Of a DNA stretch of 55,581 bases, positions 19,604 through 28,761 are shown piece by piece; position 1 is the stretch's first letter, and each line of letters starts with the position of its first letter. Origin of the DNA: a virus (Duplodnaviria > Caudoviricetes); the IMG/VR virus record IMGVR_UViG_3300045242_000134, positions 1 to 55,581 of that record; one strand, given 5' to 3'. The position numbers were made by a program, and so were the translations under genes. Below the pieces are notes generated by a model. That model was not told the DNA's origin, searched no databases, and saw only the letters and a program-made list of their open reading frames with translations.

Positions 19604-19820
19604 CTAACATTCAAAAACGACTTAGTAAAGTATTTGGTTCCAAGGGAACGATTGTCACTATCCCATGGCGCAAGTGTAACGACGTGCCAAACTTTCTTAA
19701 GCGATTGGCCGCACATCAAAAAGCAGCGCGAAAAACCAAGCTAACTGTAAAGTGACCTCCCCATTCTGCCCCTTCCACGGGGGTAGACTGAGGCGATCAG
19801 GCCTTAACGAAAGAATCAAT

Positions 19821-20672
19821 ATGACAACACTCGAACTACCAAAAAGCACACTAACAAAGCATCAGGTTAAAACTTACGGCCCAAAGTTTTACACCGAGCA
19901 TGGATCGCAATTCCGCATCGCTGTAGAAGTCCGCTACGATGACGAATGCGGAAACGGCCACAACTCTTTTGGAATCACAGCAACTATTGACGAAAAGCGC
20001 GGCAATCAATGGCGCGAGTATTCTGGCGGCTGCTGCCATGAAGAAGTGGCGAAGCACTTCCCAGAGCTTGCGCCGTTCATCAAGTGGCACCTGTGCGCCA
20101 GTGATGGACCGATGCACTATCTCGTCAACACGCTCTACCACGCCGGGAACCGGGACCACAACGGACGCACTAAGGGCGAGCGGTATCATATCAAAGGACA
20201 GGAAGAAAACCGGATTGTGTTCGGTGACTTTCCAATCTCGTTTGAATTCAAAGACGATTTTACGAAGTTCATTAGCTCCGTCTCACGCTGGCAGTATGCC
20301 GAAGCAATTCCCGTTGAACATCCGCCAGAAGAAAAGAGTAATTACAGATTTGCGCCGAAGTGGACGATCAAAGGCCATAATTGCGAGTGGTATCAATGCC
20401 CATTCGACCGGGAAGAAGAAGCAAAGGACTTCATCAAAGCGTGTCAGATATTCGCCCCTCGTATCGTGGTATTCACTGAAAAATACACCAAGGTTGGCGA
20501 AGGCAAAGAGCGGCAACTGGAGTATGCCCGCAATGGGGCAATCTGGCCCGAAGCAACAGATGAACAACTTTGCAGCGAGCCGGAAGAATTGAAGCGGCTG
20601 CTCGTAGAACGTCTGCCAGCATTGATCGAGGATTTCAAAAAGGCTGTTGAATCACTCGGGTTCATATTTTGA
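19821..20672 (+). CDS. Conserved hypothetical early phage protein
   Basis: YDDECGNGHNSFGITA...GGCCHEE...KWHL...GPMHY..NT.YH; likely start MTTLEL. Confidence 0.7.
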   Translation: MTTLELPKSTLTKHQVKTYGPKFYTEHGSQFRIAVEVRYDDECGNGHNSFGITATIDEKRGNQWREYSGGCCHEEVAKHFPELAPFIKWHLCASDGPMHYLVNTLYHAGNRDHNGRTKGERYHIKGQEENRIVFGDFPISFEFKDDFTKFISSVSRWQYAEAIPVEHPPEEKSNYRFAPKWTIKGHNCEWYQCPFDREEEAKDFIKACQIFAPRIVVFTEKYTKVGEGKERQLEYARNGAIWPEATDEQLCSEPEELKRLLVERLPALIEDFKKAVESLGFIF

Positions 20673-20741
20673 CCAACGACTAACCCCACCCAGGATCAGA
20701 AAGCGTTTGTCTAGCTCTCGGTAAAGTGATTAAAATAATTA

Positions 20742-20770
20742 TTGACACTTTAGTGATGCTGTGATTAAAT
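20742..20770 (+). promoter_or_regulatory. Sigma70-like promoter with repeated GTGAT boxes
   Basis: TTGACA-17-TTAAAT upstream of an RHH gene. Confidence 0.55.
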
Positions 20771-20778
20771 CCTCCTCA

Positions 20779-20907
20779 ATGAAAGTTGTTCCGATTAGAT
20801 TGGACCTTCCTGAAACAGTTCACGCGGCGTTGAAGTCCAAGGCTTCACTAAAACGCAAGACGCTTAAAGCATATCTCGCGGACGTTCTCAAAAAGGCTTC
20901 GAAATGA
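20779..20907 (+). CDS. Ribbon-helix-helix (Arc/CopG-like) regulator, 42 aa
   Basis: Manual translation: MKVVPIRLDLPETVHAALKSKASLKRKTLKAYLADVLKKASK. Confidence 0.75.
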   Translation: MKVVPIRLDLPETVHAALKSKASLKRKTLKAYLADVLKKASK

Positions 20908-21102
20908 TTTCGATTTATACAGTATGCAATTCTTCTGGCGAGTGTCTTTATGTTGGCAGCACTTCCAATCCATTCCATTGATCGCTATCCAAACAATGAC
21001 GGCAACTATGAGCCGGGTAATTGCCGATGGGCAACTATGAAACAGCAGTGCAACAACACGCGCCGGAACAAGCGCAAGGCAGTCGGCACTGCCGCAGCCT
21101 GA
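20904..21102 (+). pseudogene. Chimeric endonuclease remnant (GIY-YIG start joined out of frame to an HNH end)
   Basis: MISIYTV..LYVGSTSNP, then in another frame SIDRYPNNDGNYEPGNCRWAT..Q.NN.R.N. Confidence 0.7.
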
Positions 21103-21112
21103 AAGCTGATTT

Positions 21113-21304
21113 ATGAATACTGACGATCCAAAAATAAGAAAGCTTCACAGGGAAACAATCCAGACGCTTAAAGCTATGCAATCATCGGACGATACGGAGT
21201 CGGCGCACGCGGACGCAGATGACGCTTTGTGTCAATTGCTTGGCGCTCTTGGATTCAAAGATGTTGTCACTGAATACCACAAAGTTCCAAAATGGTTCGC
21301 ATGA
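21113..21304 (+). CDS. Conserved small phage protein
   Basis: DTESAHADADDALC.LL..LG..DVV..Y.KVPKWFA. Confidence 0.75.
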   Translation: MNTDDPKIRKLHRETIQTLKAMQSSDDTESAHADADDALCQLLGALGFKDVVTEYHKVPKWFA

Positions 21305-21468
21305 AAATCTTCATCGTCATCTCCGCAGGCTTCGTCTCTGCCGTTTACGCTGACTCAAACTCGGTGGAGGTGGAAATCATCGACCAGGATTCGCTAGAGG
21401 AAGGCGAGCGCGAAAGGCTATTGACGCGAGAGGATGAGATTGCGGGGGAATTTGTTAAGGTCGCATGA
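21301..21468 (+). CDS. Hypothetical acidic protein, 55 aa
   Basis: Manual translation MKIFIVISAGFVSAVYADS...; ATGA overlaps at both ends. Confidence 0.6.
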   Translation: MKIFIVISAGFVSAVYADSNSVEVEIIDQDSLEEGERERLLTREDEIAGEFVKVA

Positions 21469-21671
21469 AATCTCTAATACTTTACGGCTCACCAACGAAG
21501 CTGACCAACTCGCACAAGTTAGTGACGCGCACAAATAGCGGATTCGCGCCACAACCACCTTACTACGTGCGCGCCCATCTGGTGCCTGTTGGCATCGACC
21601 AAGCCCTTGTGAAGGCTGGTCAAGGAATGATGGAAGGCGAAACCGTTCTTAATACCGTTCCTATAGAATAA
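21465..21671 (+). CDS. Hypothetical protein
   Basis: Coupled ORF. Confidence 0.5.
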   Translation: MKSLILYGSPTKLTNSHKLVTRTNSGFAPQPPYYVRAHLVPVGIDQALVKAGQGMMEGETVLNTVPIE

Positions 21672-21673
21672 TT

Positions 21674-22750
21674 ATGAACCCACAAACCGCCCCACAGGCA
21701 CAAACTGCCGTCGTCGTTGCCCCCAAGCGCGAGATTCGCGTTGTTGAAGATGATTCGCCACTGGCCTACATCATGGACACCGCGAAGTTCGAACACTGCT
21801 ATCGCATTGCCGAAGCCATGTCTCGCGCCAGCCTAATCCCGCAGCATTTGAAAGGCGGCACCAAAGAGGAAACGGCAGCGAATTGCTTTCTCGTCGTCAA
21901 TCAGGCGTTGCGCTGGCACATGGACCCATTCCTAATCGCGCCAGAGACGTACGCAATCCAGGGCAAGCTTGGATACCAAGGCAAGCTCGTTGCGGCAGTC
22001 ATCAACACGCGAGCAAACCTTGCGGAGAAACTGCGCTATGACTTTTCCGGCACCAAGGGAACTGATGATTACACCGTGACCGTCTCAGGACGATTTGAGG
22101 GTGAGGCAGAACCTCGAACAGTCAGTGTCAGCGTCGGGCAGGCCAAGACGCAAAATCAAATGTGGACCAAAGACCCTGAGCAGAAACTTGTTTATACAGG
22201 GAGCATAAGGTGGGCGAGAAGGCACAAGCCAGAGATAATCATGGGCGTTGTGACTGATGACGATCTGGACGCGGTGAGAGAGCAGGCGATGATTGACGGC
22301 ATGAAGCAGGTGAAATCGCCGGTGTTTGACGGCCCGATGCCGCAAGGACTGTCTGAGCCTGCGCCTGAACCAGAGAAACGCACTCGCAAACGCCCCACAA
22401 TGGTGGAAGCGCCTCTTGACTCACCAACGCCGACAGTCCAAGCTGAATCGGCAACAAACCCCACGGCGGCACCGCTCGTCTCTGATTCTTCGACGGTGCC
22501 GCCAACTCCTCCCGTAAACGAAACTCCCGGCGAAAAGGAATTGCGCGAGTTGAATGACGCGCTCAAGAAACTGTGCGCGGATGCGGGGATTAGTGAGGAA
22601 CAGTTGGTGGCGTATATGAGAGCGGAGAAGTGGCTTAAACCGGCCCATAAAAAACCTTCCGACCTTTCAACTACAATGTTGAGAGGCTTCATCAAAGGTT
22701 GGCAAACCAACACAGACGAAATGGTTAAACGGATCAAGAGCGCAAAGTGA
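21674..22750 (+). CDS. RecT-like single-strand annealing protein
   Basis: ANCFLVVNQALRW.MDPF..A..TY...GKLGY.GKLVAAVI...W..DPEQKL.Y...R.WAR...PE..MGV. Confidence 0.85.
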   Translation: MNPQTAPQAQTAVVVAPKREIRVVEDDSPLAYIMDTAKFEHCYRIAEAMSRASLIPQHLKGGTKEETAANCFLVVNQALRWHMDPFLIAPETYAIQGKLGYQGKLVAAVINTRANLAEKLRYDFSGTKGTDDYTVTVSGRFEGEAEPRTVSVSVGQAKTQNQMWTKDPEQKLVYTGSIRWARRHKPEIIMGVVTDDDLDAVREQAMIDGMKQVKSPVFDGPMPQGLSEPAPEPEKRTRKRPTMVEAPLDSPTPTVQAESATNPTAAPLVSDSSTVPPTPPVNETPGEKELRELNDALKKLCADAGISEEQLVAYMRAEKWLKPAHKKPSDLSTTMLRGFIKGWQTNTDEMVKRIKSAK

Positions 22751-23454
22751 ATTGCTCAGTTATTAATTGCAGACGACCGGCACGAAACAAGGGTTTGTGT
22801 GATGCGCATTACCAGAGATCGCGCACTCCAAAAGGTCTAATGCCCGGAAAACCTATTGGCGATAAGTCTGGGGAGAACAACCCCAATTGGAACGGAGGAC
22901 AGAAAGAACAAGATGGAAGAATTTATATCCATGTTCCAGATCATCCCCGAGCGAAAAAGAGCGGATACGTGGTGAGGGCAAGGTTGGTAATGGAGAAATC
23001 AATTGGCAGGCTTCTTTCTCCCGAGGAGGTGGTTCATCATAAAAACCAAAACACGCTGGACGACAGAATAGAAAATCTTCAACTGCTTGCCAATGATGCC
23101 GAACATGCACGAATTCATAAGCAAAAACTCATTGAGCACAATGGTACTACGCTTAGTGTAGTCCAATGGGCGGCAAAGATTGGAATAAGAAGTAACACCA
23201 TTTACGACAGGCTCAAAAAAGGCTGGACGGTAGAAAAAGCCTTAACAACTCCATCAATATACGAGGGTAAAAACGTCCTTTTAACTTCAAATGGATTAAC
23301 CCTCACCGTCGCTGAGTGGTCGAAAAGAACAGGGATTAAAGACGACTGCCTTCGAAGAAGGATTATACTCGGATGGTCGGACGAAAAGGTAATCAATACT
23401 CCCGTGAGGATAAAAAATGGAAGACCCAAGACTCGGACTCCCATCGGCAAGTAG
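22747..23454 (+). CDS. HNH endonuclease with C-terminal repeated DNA-binding motifs
   Basis: NPNWNGG...RLVMEK.IGR.L...EVVHHKN....DDRIENL; two NG.TL.V..W...GI......R...GW repeats. Confidence 0.85.
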   Translation: MNCSVINCRRPARNKGLCDAHYQRSRTPKGLMPGKPIGDKSGENNPNWNGGQKEQDGRIYIHVPDHPRAKKSGYVVRARLVMEKSIGRLLSPEEVVHHKNQNTLDDRIENLQLLANDAEHARIHKQKLIEHNGTTLSVVQWAAKIGIRSNTIYDRLKKGWTVEKALTTPSIYEGKNVLLTSNGLTLTVAEWSKRTGIKDDCLRRRIILGWSDEKVINTPVRIKNGRPKTRTPIGK

Positions 23455-24547
23455 TTTTTCGCTGACTGCACTTTGTCCCGGCAGAGAAGAATTGCTTCGC
23501 TCCCTTCCCGACATTCCAGAGCCGGTTGATGAAGATGCCGCACGCGGCGTAAAACTTCACAGTGCGTGGGAAAAAGAAAATCCCGAAGGACTCGACAGCG
23601 AAGACTTGGAAATCTACGAACGCGGATTGGATCTTGTGAAGCTGGCTGTTGCTCAATGGGTTTCTGACTTCAAAATAGAAAAGTTTATCGAAGGCACAAG
23701 GGAGGAACGTTTTTATTTCCATTCCGGCAATGGAGAACTATCAGCGAGTGGACAAGCAGATCGCCATTATCGTTCTGTGCCCGACGGGTTCCTTCTTGTT
23801 CTAGATTTCAAGAGTTTATACGCGAAGAACTTGGTTCCGAGTGAAATGAACTGGCAGGCTCGTTTTCTGAGTGTCTCTGTCAGTCGGGAGTATTGCGCTC
23901 ACCATTCTCGGTTTTCGTTCTTGAAAGCAATGTGGGGCAAACTTGATACCGTGGATTATGCACCACTCGATTTGGAGAGAGCGGAGTATGGGATTCATAG
24001 CATCCTCTGGGAAAGCCGCCAGCCCCACGCGCAACGTCGCGCTAGTGCCCATTGCAGGCATTGCAAGGCTGCAAGTGGGTGCCCAGAGGCCGCAGCGTGG
24101 CAAATGCTGCCCTCAGTGCAAGCCAAGGCCCAAGGCGACAGCATTACGCCCAAGGTTGCGACTGAATTGGTCGAGAATATCAGCCTTTTAGACTGTGTGA
24201 GGATATTCGAGACTTCGACTGCGAGAAGGAATATCGAAGATGCGTGCAAGGCGCGTCTCAAGGCGCTTCCATCTGGTGAACTCGCCGAATTGGGTCTGAT
24301 GTTCGGAAAACCCAAAATCCTGCGTCCGATCACAAAGGTGGACAAGGCATTTGAATTCCTGCTATCGTTAGGTGTCCCCGTTGATAAGCTTTGGGCTGCG
24401 ACAAAGATGAGTAACGGCGAACTAACGACCGTTGTCCAGGAATCGCTGGGATTGAAGTCTCAAAAGGAAGCGCAAACTTGGGTCCGTGAAAAACTTAGCG
24501 CGTTCATCACCGAAACCCCGACAGAAAAACCTTTGGAGAAAATCTAA
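23417..24547 (+). CDS. PD-(D/E)XK exonuclease (DUF2800/Cas4-like), RecT partner
   Basis: SASS....CPG...A.RG..LH...GQAD...LDFKS...WQ...HCRHCKAA..CP. Confidence 0.8.
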   Translation: MEDPRLGLPSASSFSLTALCPGREELLRSLPDIPEPVDEDAARGVKLHSAWEKENPEGLDSEDLEIYERGLDLVKLAVAQWVSDFKIEKFIEGTREERFYFHSGNGELSASGQADRHYRSVPDGFLLVLDFKSLYAKNLVPSEMNWQARFLSVSVSREYCAHHSRFSFLKAMWGKLDTVDYAPLDLERAEYGIHSILWESRQPHAQRRASAHCRHCKAASGCPEAAAWQMLPSVQAKAQGDSITPKVATELVENISLLDCVRIFETSTARRNIEDACKARLKALPSGELAELGLMFGKPKILRPITKVDKAFEFLLSLGVPVDKLWAATKMSNGELTTVVQESLGLKSQKEAQTWVREKLSAFITETPTEKPLEKI

Positions 24548-24702
24548 TGAAGTGGGAATTTGAAATCCGAGGCGGTCTCACTCATGTGCGCGTCTTTATG
24601 AACGGCGCTAAGTGCGGCGATTTGTGTTTTCGTAACGAAGAATTTCAGCAGGTTCGCGAACACTGTCCTTGGATACAATTTATAGAATACATCTCACTAT
24701 GA
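24547..24702 (+). CDS. Hypothetical protein, 51 aa
   Basis: Manual translation MKWEFEIRGGLTHVRVFMNG...; coupled at both ends. Confidence 0.55.
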   Translation: MKWEFEIRGGLTHVRVFMNGAKCGDLCFRNEEFQQVREHCPWIQFIEYISL

Positions 24703-24890
24703 AATTAATCCCATGGCGCTGCTCTGCGCTCGCTCTCTTATGGACGTTGCTTGGAATCGTCCTGCATCTCATTGACCGCAACACACCGCATCTGGACCTT
24801 GCAACGTGGGGAGCGTTGCTGATTGCGAGCGCAAGCTATCTCATTGGAACCGTAGCACTCATCAAACCATTAACCCACATGACCAAATGA
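24699..24890 (+). CDS. Small two-TM membrane protein
   Basis: Two hydrophobic stretches. Confidence 0.6.
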   Translation: MKLIPWRCSALALLWTLLGIVLHLIDRNTPHLDLATWGALLIASASYLIGTVALIKPLTHMTK

Positions 24891-25603
24891 AACCAACAAT
24901 ATGGGCAGTGACTTTATTTTTCACTGCGTACTTCGCCCTCCCAAAATCCCAAGCCGCCATCATCAACCCAACCAACTGCTGGCAGTTCGCCAATCATCAA
25001 GCAGTGGCCGTCAATCAAATCACCAACATCATCGACCAGCCCACAGAAGTGCAGTCGCCGCCAAAAGAGAAAGCGTGGGGTGCAGTTATCTTCTTCGTAA
25101 TTATACTCATGGCGTTCGCCTACATCATCTCTCAACTCATTCGATTGATGGACAAGATAATTCCACCGCCAGAGCCGCCGCCCGAACCGCACGGACCTAC
25201 GAATGGAGCGCCGATTACCTTCAATCCAACTGGAAGTCCAGGGCCTTGCGTATCGAGCCTGAGTAAGAACCTTCTCGATACCAACATGCCGTCATGGGGA
25301 ACGATGGGCTACTACCACATCAGTCAATTCAACTATGTGGACAAGTGGGCGAAGACACCGAGCACGTTTTTTTATTTCTGGTCAACTGGCATGACGACCA
25401 GCACGAATCTCAGCGATTGGGAAGACAGCCATTATCGTGTTGATGCCTATGTGAGCGCCAGCGGAACGTTCTTCGCCTACTACCATTTCAACACCAATTT
25501 TTACAACGCGTACTTCTCAGAGACGACGAATGCGCGAGCGTATTTCGACCTGTCAGACAAACCATATCAACCGCAACAATATTTTAGATTGGACCCGAAG
25601 TGA
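24887..25603 (+). CDS. Membrane/secreted protein with Verrucomicrobia-like C-terminal motif
   Basis: Signal-like N-terminus, TM helix, Pro linker, STNLSDW...QQYFRL. Confidence 0.65.
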   Translation: MKPTIWAVTLFFTAYFALPKSQAAIINPTNCWQFANHQAVAVNQITNIIDQPTEVQSPPKEKAWGAVIFFVIILMAFAYIISQLIRLMDKIIPPPEPPPEPHGPTNGAPITFNPTGSPGPCVSSLSKNLLDTNMPSWGTMGYYHISQFNYVDKWAKTPSTFFYFWSTGMTTSTNLSDWEDSHYRVDAYVSASGTFFAYYHFNTNFYNAYFSETTNARAYFDLSDKPYQPQQYFRLDPK

Positions 25604-25740
25604 GAAGGCGGTTTATTTGTCCGAAGTGTGGCCGTGGAATTCACGATCACCCCAACAAGGTGAAAGCACACTTGGACAAGCACTCTCGTCTTGAAGCTGG
25701 AGCCAAACCTAAAAATAAACTCAACGCCCATAAATACTAA
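25600..25740 (+). CDS. Small C2H2 zinc-finger-like protein, 46 aa
   Basis: Manual translation MRRRFICPKCGRGIHDHPNKVKAHLDKH...; GTGA overlap with the upstream stop. Confidence 0.55.
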   Translation: MRRRFICPKCGRGIHDHPNKVKAHLDKHSRLEAGAKPKNKLNAHKY

Positions 25741-25741
25741 A

Positions 25742-26185
25742 ATGAAAACAATACTCACACTCATCGCCCTGCTCGCAACGCTCACCGTTCACGCATTTCC
25801 AGGTTGCATCACCAACGTCACCATCGCTTGCATGAACAGCACCCGCGTGCTCATCAACGGTTCGACAAACTACAGCATCCTCCAGACCTACACGAACGCC
25901 ACTTCATTAGACCTGATGGCGCAGGATTGTGATACTGGAACAGTGCTAACATTCACCACGGATGTTTGCCCGCCGTCCGACACTGATATTTGCACAGTGT
26001 CTTGGCAGTGCGATAACCACATCTTTTGCGGAGGTGGAACTTGTAGCCCTGGTAGCTCATTCACCATCACCATGCCAGCGCACACTCAATATATGTCAGT
26101 GAGGGTATATAGCTCGCTCGGTTGCTGCACGCTGACGAAGTGTATTCTTTACCTTGGAAACTTCTGCAACAGTGACCAGCAGTGA
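25742..26185 (+). CDS. Secreted Cys-rich protein
   Basis: Signal peptide MKTILTLIALLATLTVHA; 12 Cys. Confidence 0.7.
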   Translation: MKTILTLIALLATLTVHAFPGCITNVTIACMNSTRVLINGSTNYSILQTYTNATSLDLMAQDCDTGTVLTFTTDVCPPSDTDICTVSWQCDNHIFCGGGTCSPGSSFTITMPAHTQYMSVRVYSSLGCCTLTKCILYLGNFCNSDQQ

Positions 26186-26204
26186 CCTCATGGGCAGTAA
26201 CCTC

Positions 26205-26429
26205 ATGACCACCCAATCCGAAACACTCACTAAAAGAAAACATACTGCAAAATCATTGTCGTTTCTCGGGTGGAAGCTTGAAATGAGGCTTCAGGAGCTT
26301 AAAGGAGCCGAGAAACGTGTGGCCAGATTGAAACTAGAAATAGCCTCAATTTACAAGGCGGCATGTGATGCTGATTGCGAGAACGACGGAAATGCACATC
26401 GCTCCGAGTGCTCGATTTATAAACTATGA
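26205..26429 (+). CDS. Hypothetical coiled-coil protein
   Basis: MTTQSETLT...; coupled to the next gene. Confidence 0.5.
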   Translation: MTTQSETLTKRKHTAKSLSFLGWKLEMRLQELKGAEKRVARLKLEIASIYKAACDADCENDGNAHRSECSIYKL

Positions 26430-26650
26430 ACCAATCCGAAACACTCACCATCAGGTTTCCGGTTGCGATCTGCGGCTATTGCAGCGGTCGTGGCATTAAC
26501 GATTCGGGAAGTGATTGCCAGTATTGCGACCTGGGCGAAATCGAATCTCCTTTTGACCAAATCGCGCAGAAGGAATGTGGACTGGATTTGAGAGATTGTA
26601 GAACAGACCACGTTTTTTACACCCGAGAAAGGTATTCCAGTCGTGAATAA
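26426..26650 (+). CDS. Small Zn-finger protein
   Basis: CGYCSGRG...CQYCDLG. Confidence 0.6.
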   Translation: MNQSETLTIRFPVAICGYCSGRGINDSGSDCQYCDLGEIESPFDQIAQKECGLDLRDCRTDHVFYTRERYSSRE

Positions 26651-26673
26651 CCCTCAACCCTCGCGGAGTTGTA

Positions 26674-26868
26674 TTGCGAGGTGAGGAACGTGCCATGCAA
26701 ATAGCAATCTCTGTAAAAGTGGCCAATGTCCGAGGCGGATTTGAGTTGGGAGAACTCAACGATTATCTGGCCAAGGGTTACACCGTTGATAATGCCTATG
26801 CCTCAACCGATAATGCTCTACTTGTAATTCTCGATGAACCCAAAAAAGAAACAGACGTTCCAAATTGA
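26674..26868 (+). CDS. Hypothetical protein
   Basis: ORF in an early-type operon. Confidence 0.45.
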   Translation: MRGEERAMQIAISVKVANVRGGFELGELNDYLAKGYTVDNAYASTDNALLVILDEPKKETDVPN

Positions 26869-27022
26869 AGTTACTCGTAAAGAGTTTCTTACACTACCAA
26901 TGAAAATCAGACGTAAGGCGTTGAGGGCGCAAGCCAAAGCGTTCAGCGATAAAATGCGAGAGCTTCAAGAAATTCCCATCACCGCCAAGGCGAGACTTAA
27001 CGAATTGAAAGGAAACCCATGA
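26834..27022 (+). CDS. Hypothetical basic protein
   Basis: ORF coupled to the next gene. Confidence 0.45.
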   Translation: MNPKKKQTFQIEVTRKEFLTLPMKIRRKALRAQAKAFSDKMRELQEIPITAKARLNELKGNP

Positions 27023-27264
27023 CCCCAATCGAAAAGAGTCAAATGAGTACCGAAAAACAGAAAGAGTATTTAATGAAACCTATGCAAATACCATTCGTCC
27101 AAAACGGTCAATTCAAAGGCTCTGTAGAAGTAGAGTCTCAACCCAAAAAATCCTGTCGCCACCCAAATGCCAAAACAACCGGCGAAACTTGTTCTACTGG
27201 ATGCTGTGACGAATACAGGTGCCCAGATTGTGGAAAAGTTTTCATGGTCGAAGTCCCGGATTAA
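27019..27264 (+). CDS. Small Zn-ribbon protein
   Basis: C.H...CSTGCCDEYRCPDCG. Confidence 0.55.
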   Translation: MTPIEKSQMSTEKQKEYLMKPMQIPFVQNGQFKGSVEVESQPKKSCRHPNAKTTGETCSTGCCDEYRCPDCGKVFMVEVPD

Positions 27265-27265
27265 C

Positions 27266-27796
27266 ATGAACTCACTTGAACAGGCGGAAGCTCTTTACGC
27301 AGCACTCCCAAGACTGGGACAGCGAGAGGTAATTATTGACAGCATCCAAAAGCACCTGGAGGCGTTTGCGAGTGACCTCCAATCCCGTCTCGCCAAAGTC
27401 GAGGAGATAAACCGTAGGGCTTGTGAGGACTGGGCCGACGATGATACCCGCGTGAAGGAACTAGCCAAACCGTTCTTCACTGAATTACAAATCAACGGTG
27501 ATGGCAATTGGGTCGGTGTAATCGACATCGCCGAATTGTTTGCAACAAGATTGGCCAAGGTCGAGGAGGAAAAGAGGGAGTTGCTTGAAGCCGCCTCAGA
27601 CTTACTCGATTACGACAATGAGAATCAATGTCCAGTTTGCCATTGCTGCAACATGGAACTGAGCGACAAAGGCACTGGCCACAAACTAAGTTGCTTGGCT
27701 TACAAGATTCTTAGCCAGCATACACCAGCAGCCAAAGCCCTTGACAAAGCCGCCCTCGCAAAAGGGGAGGCTAAACCTTCGGAGGACCGGCAGTAG
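27266..27796 (+). CDS. Hypothetical coiled-coil protein
   Basis: Likely start MNSLEQ; internal RLAKVEE repeat; CPVC..H..C. Confidence 0.55.
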   Translation: MNSLEQAEALYAALPRLGQREVIIDSIQKHLEAFASDLQSRLAKVEEINRRACEDWADDDTRVKELAKPFFTELQINGDGNWVGVIDIAELFATRLAKVEEEKRELLEAASDLLDYDNENQCPVCHCCNMELSDKGTGHKLSCLAYKILSQHTPAAKALDKAALAKGEAKPSEDRQ

Positions 27797-28097
27797 TTGG
27801 CGAGGTCGTCGTTGACGCATCAACGCCCGAGTTGACTCCCGATTTGTGCGCCCACACTCCAAGTGCGGCTGACGCTAAAGTGAGTACTGCCGAAATTGGT
27901 ATCGTCCAAGGCCCTGGAACTGTCTGCTGCGCTTTGTTGGCAGTGTTCACTAGAGCCTGCGCCAGATCGACGTTTGGGGCGTTCGTGGGTAGATTTTCAA
28001 ACGAACGAGCGGAGTTTCCTATCGGAGTGCCAGCGCAACCGATTAGCAGCATTGCGCCCAATGCAGCGATTAGACTTAACGGGATGATTTTTTTCAT
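27771..28097 (-). CDS. Lipoprotein with C-terminal hydrophobic helix (unimolecular spanin-like)
   Basis: Lipobox LLIG-C; TM segment ISAVLTLASAALGVW; end of the late operon. Confidence 0.55.
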   Translation of the reverse strand: MKKIIPLSLIAALGAMLLIGCAGTPIGNSARSFENLPTNAPNVDLAQALVNTANKAQQTVPGPWTIPISAVLTLASAALGVWAHKSGVNSGVDASTTTSPTTAGPPKV

Positions 28098-28381
28098 GGG
28101 TTTTGTTTTGTTGGTGTGATTGGCGGTGGGAATCTATGTGGACGACCGATTTCAAACGAAATCTGTGCGATGATCGAGCTTTGTGACAACTGCTCGTTTT
28201 TGATTGCTGAGACTTCTTCCTTCTGTGAAACCATCCCCATTTTTAACACTGCAATGTCTGATGAAATATCCGCGAGCTTGGAATCGTGAGAGTGTAGCGT
28301 TGCTCCCACCCAAACCACGACACCAAGGATGATGCAGGTAACGACGTTGTTGAAAGTGATTTGGCCCTTGGTTGATTCCAT
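28094..28381 (-). CDS. Single-TM coiled-coil protein (holin-like)
   Basis: N-terminal TM then heptad region; next to the lipoprotein. Confidence 0.45.
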   Translation of the reverse strand: MESTKGQITFNNVVTCIILGVVVWVGATLHSHDSKLADISSDIAVLKMGMVSQKEEVSAIKNEQLSQSSIIAQISFEIGRPHRFPPPITPTKQNP

Positions 28382-28467
28382 TAGTCATTTTCCGATTACT
28401 CGCATCAGAATGTCAAGCGCCAACTTGAGGTGCTTCTCTATCTTAGAGAGGCGTTTGTTGATTGAAG

Positions 28468-28761
28468 CTAGACAATGCCTGCCTGCTTTGCCAGTACAGC
28501 GATCTTGAATTCGCTTTTTGTGCGGAATCTTTTGGTGATTTGTTTCCAATAGTAGTTGAACGAAAAGGAGTTTTTGAAGTGCAGGGCCGAAGCAACTTGC
28601 CTTCGCGTTAAACCCGCCGCCATGTGTTGAAGAATAGCATCTTGCACTCGGAACTTGAGAGCGCGACGACAGACGATGCACATTTCGGCCTGTGTCCGCT
28701 TCCATCTTCCGCATGGGCATTTATTATAATCGCTGCCAAGACGTTTTGGATCTATGGCCAC
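28468..28761 (-). CDS. Zn-finger plus LuxR-like HTH regulator
   Basis: CPCG...C.VC; ILQHMAAGLTRRQVASAL...A...GIV. Confidence 0.6.
   Translation of the reverse strand: MAIDPKRLGSDYNKCPCGRWKRTQAEMCIVCRRALKFRVQDAILQHMAAGLTRRQVASALHFKNSFSFNYYWKQITKRFRTKSEFKIAVLAKQAGIV

Noticed and set aside
23417-24547. CRISPR-associated Cas4
   Set aside because: No array or other cas genes; adjacency to RecT indicates a recombination exonuclease.
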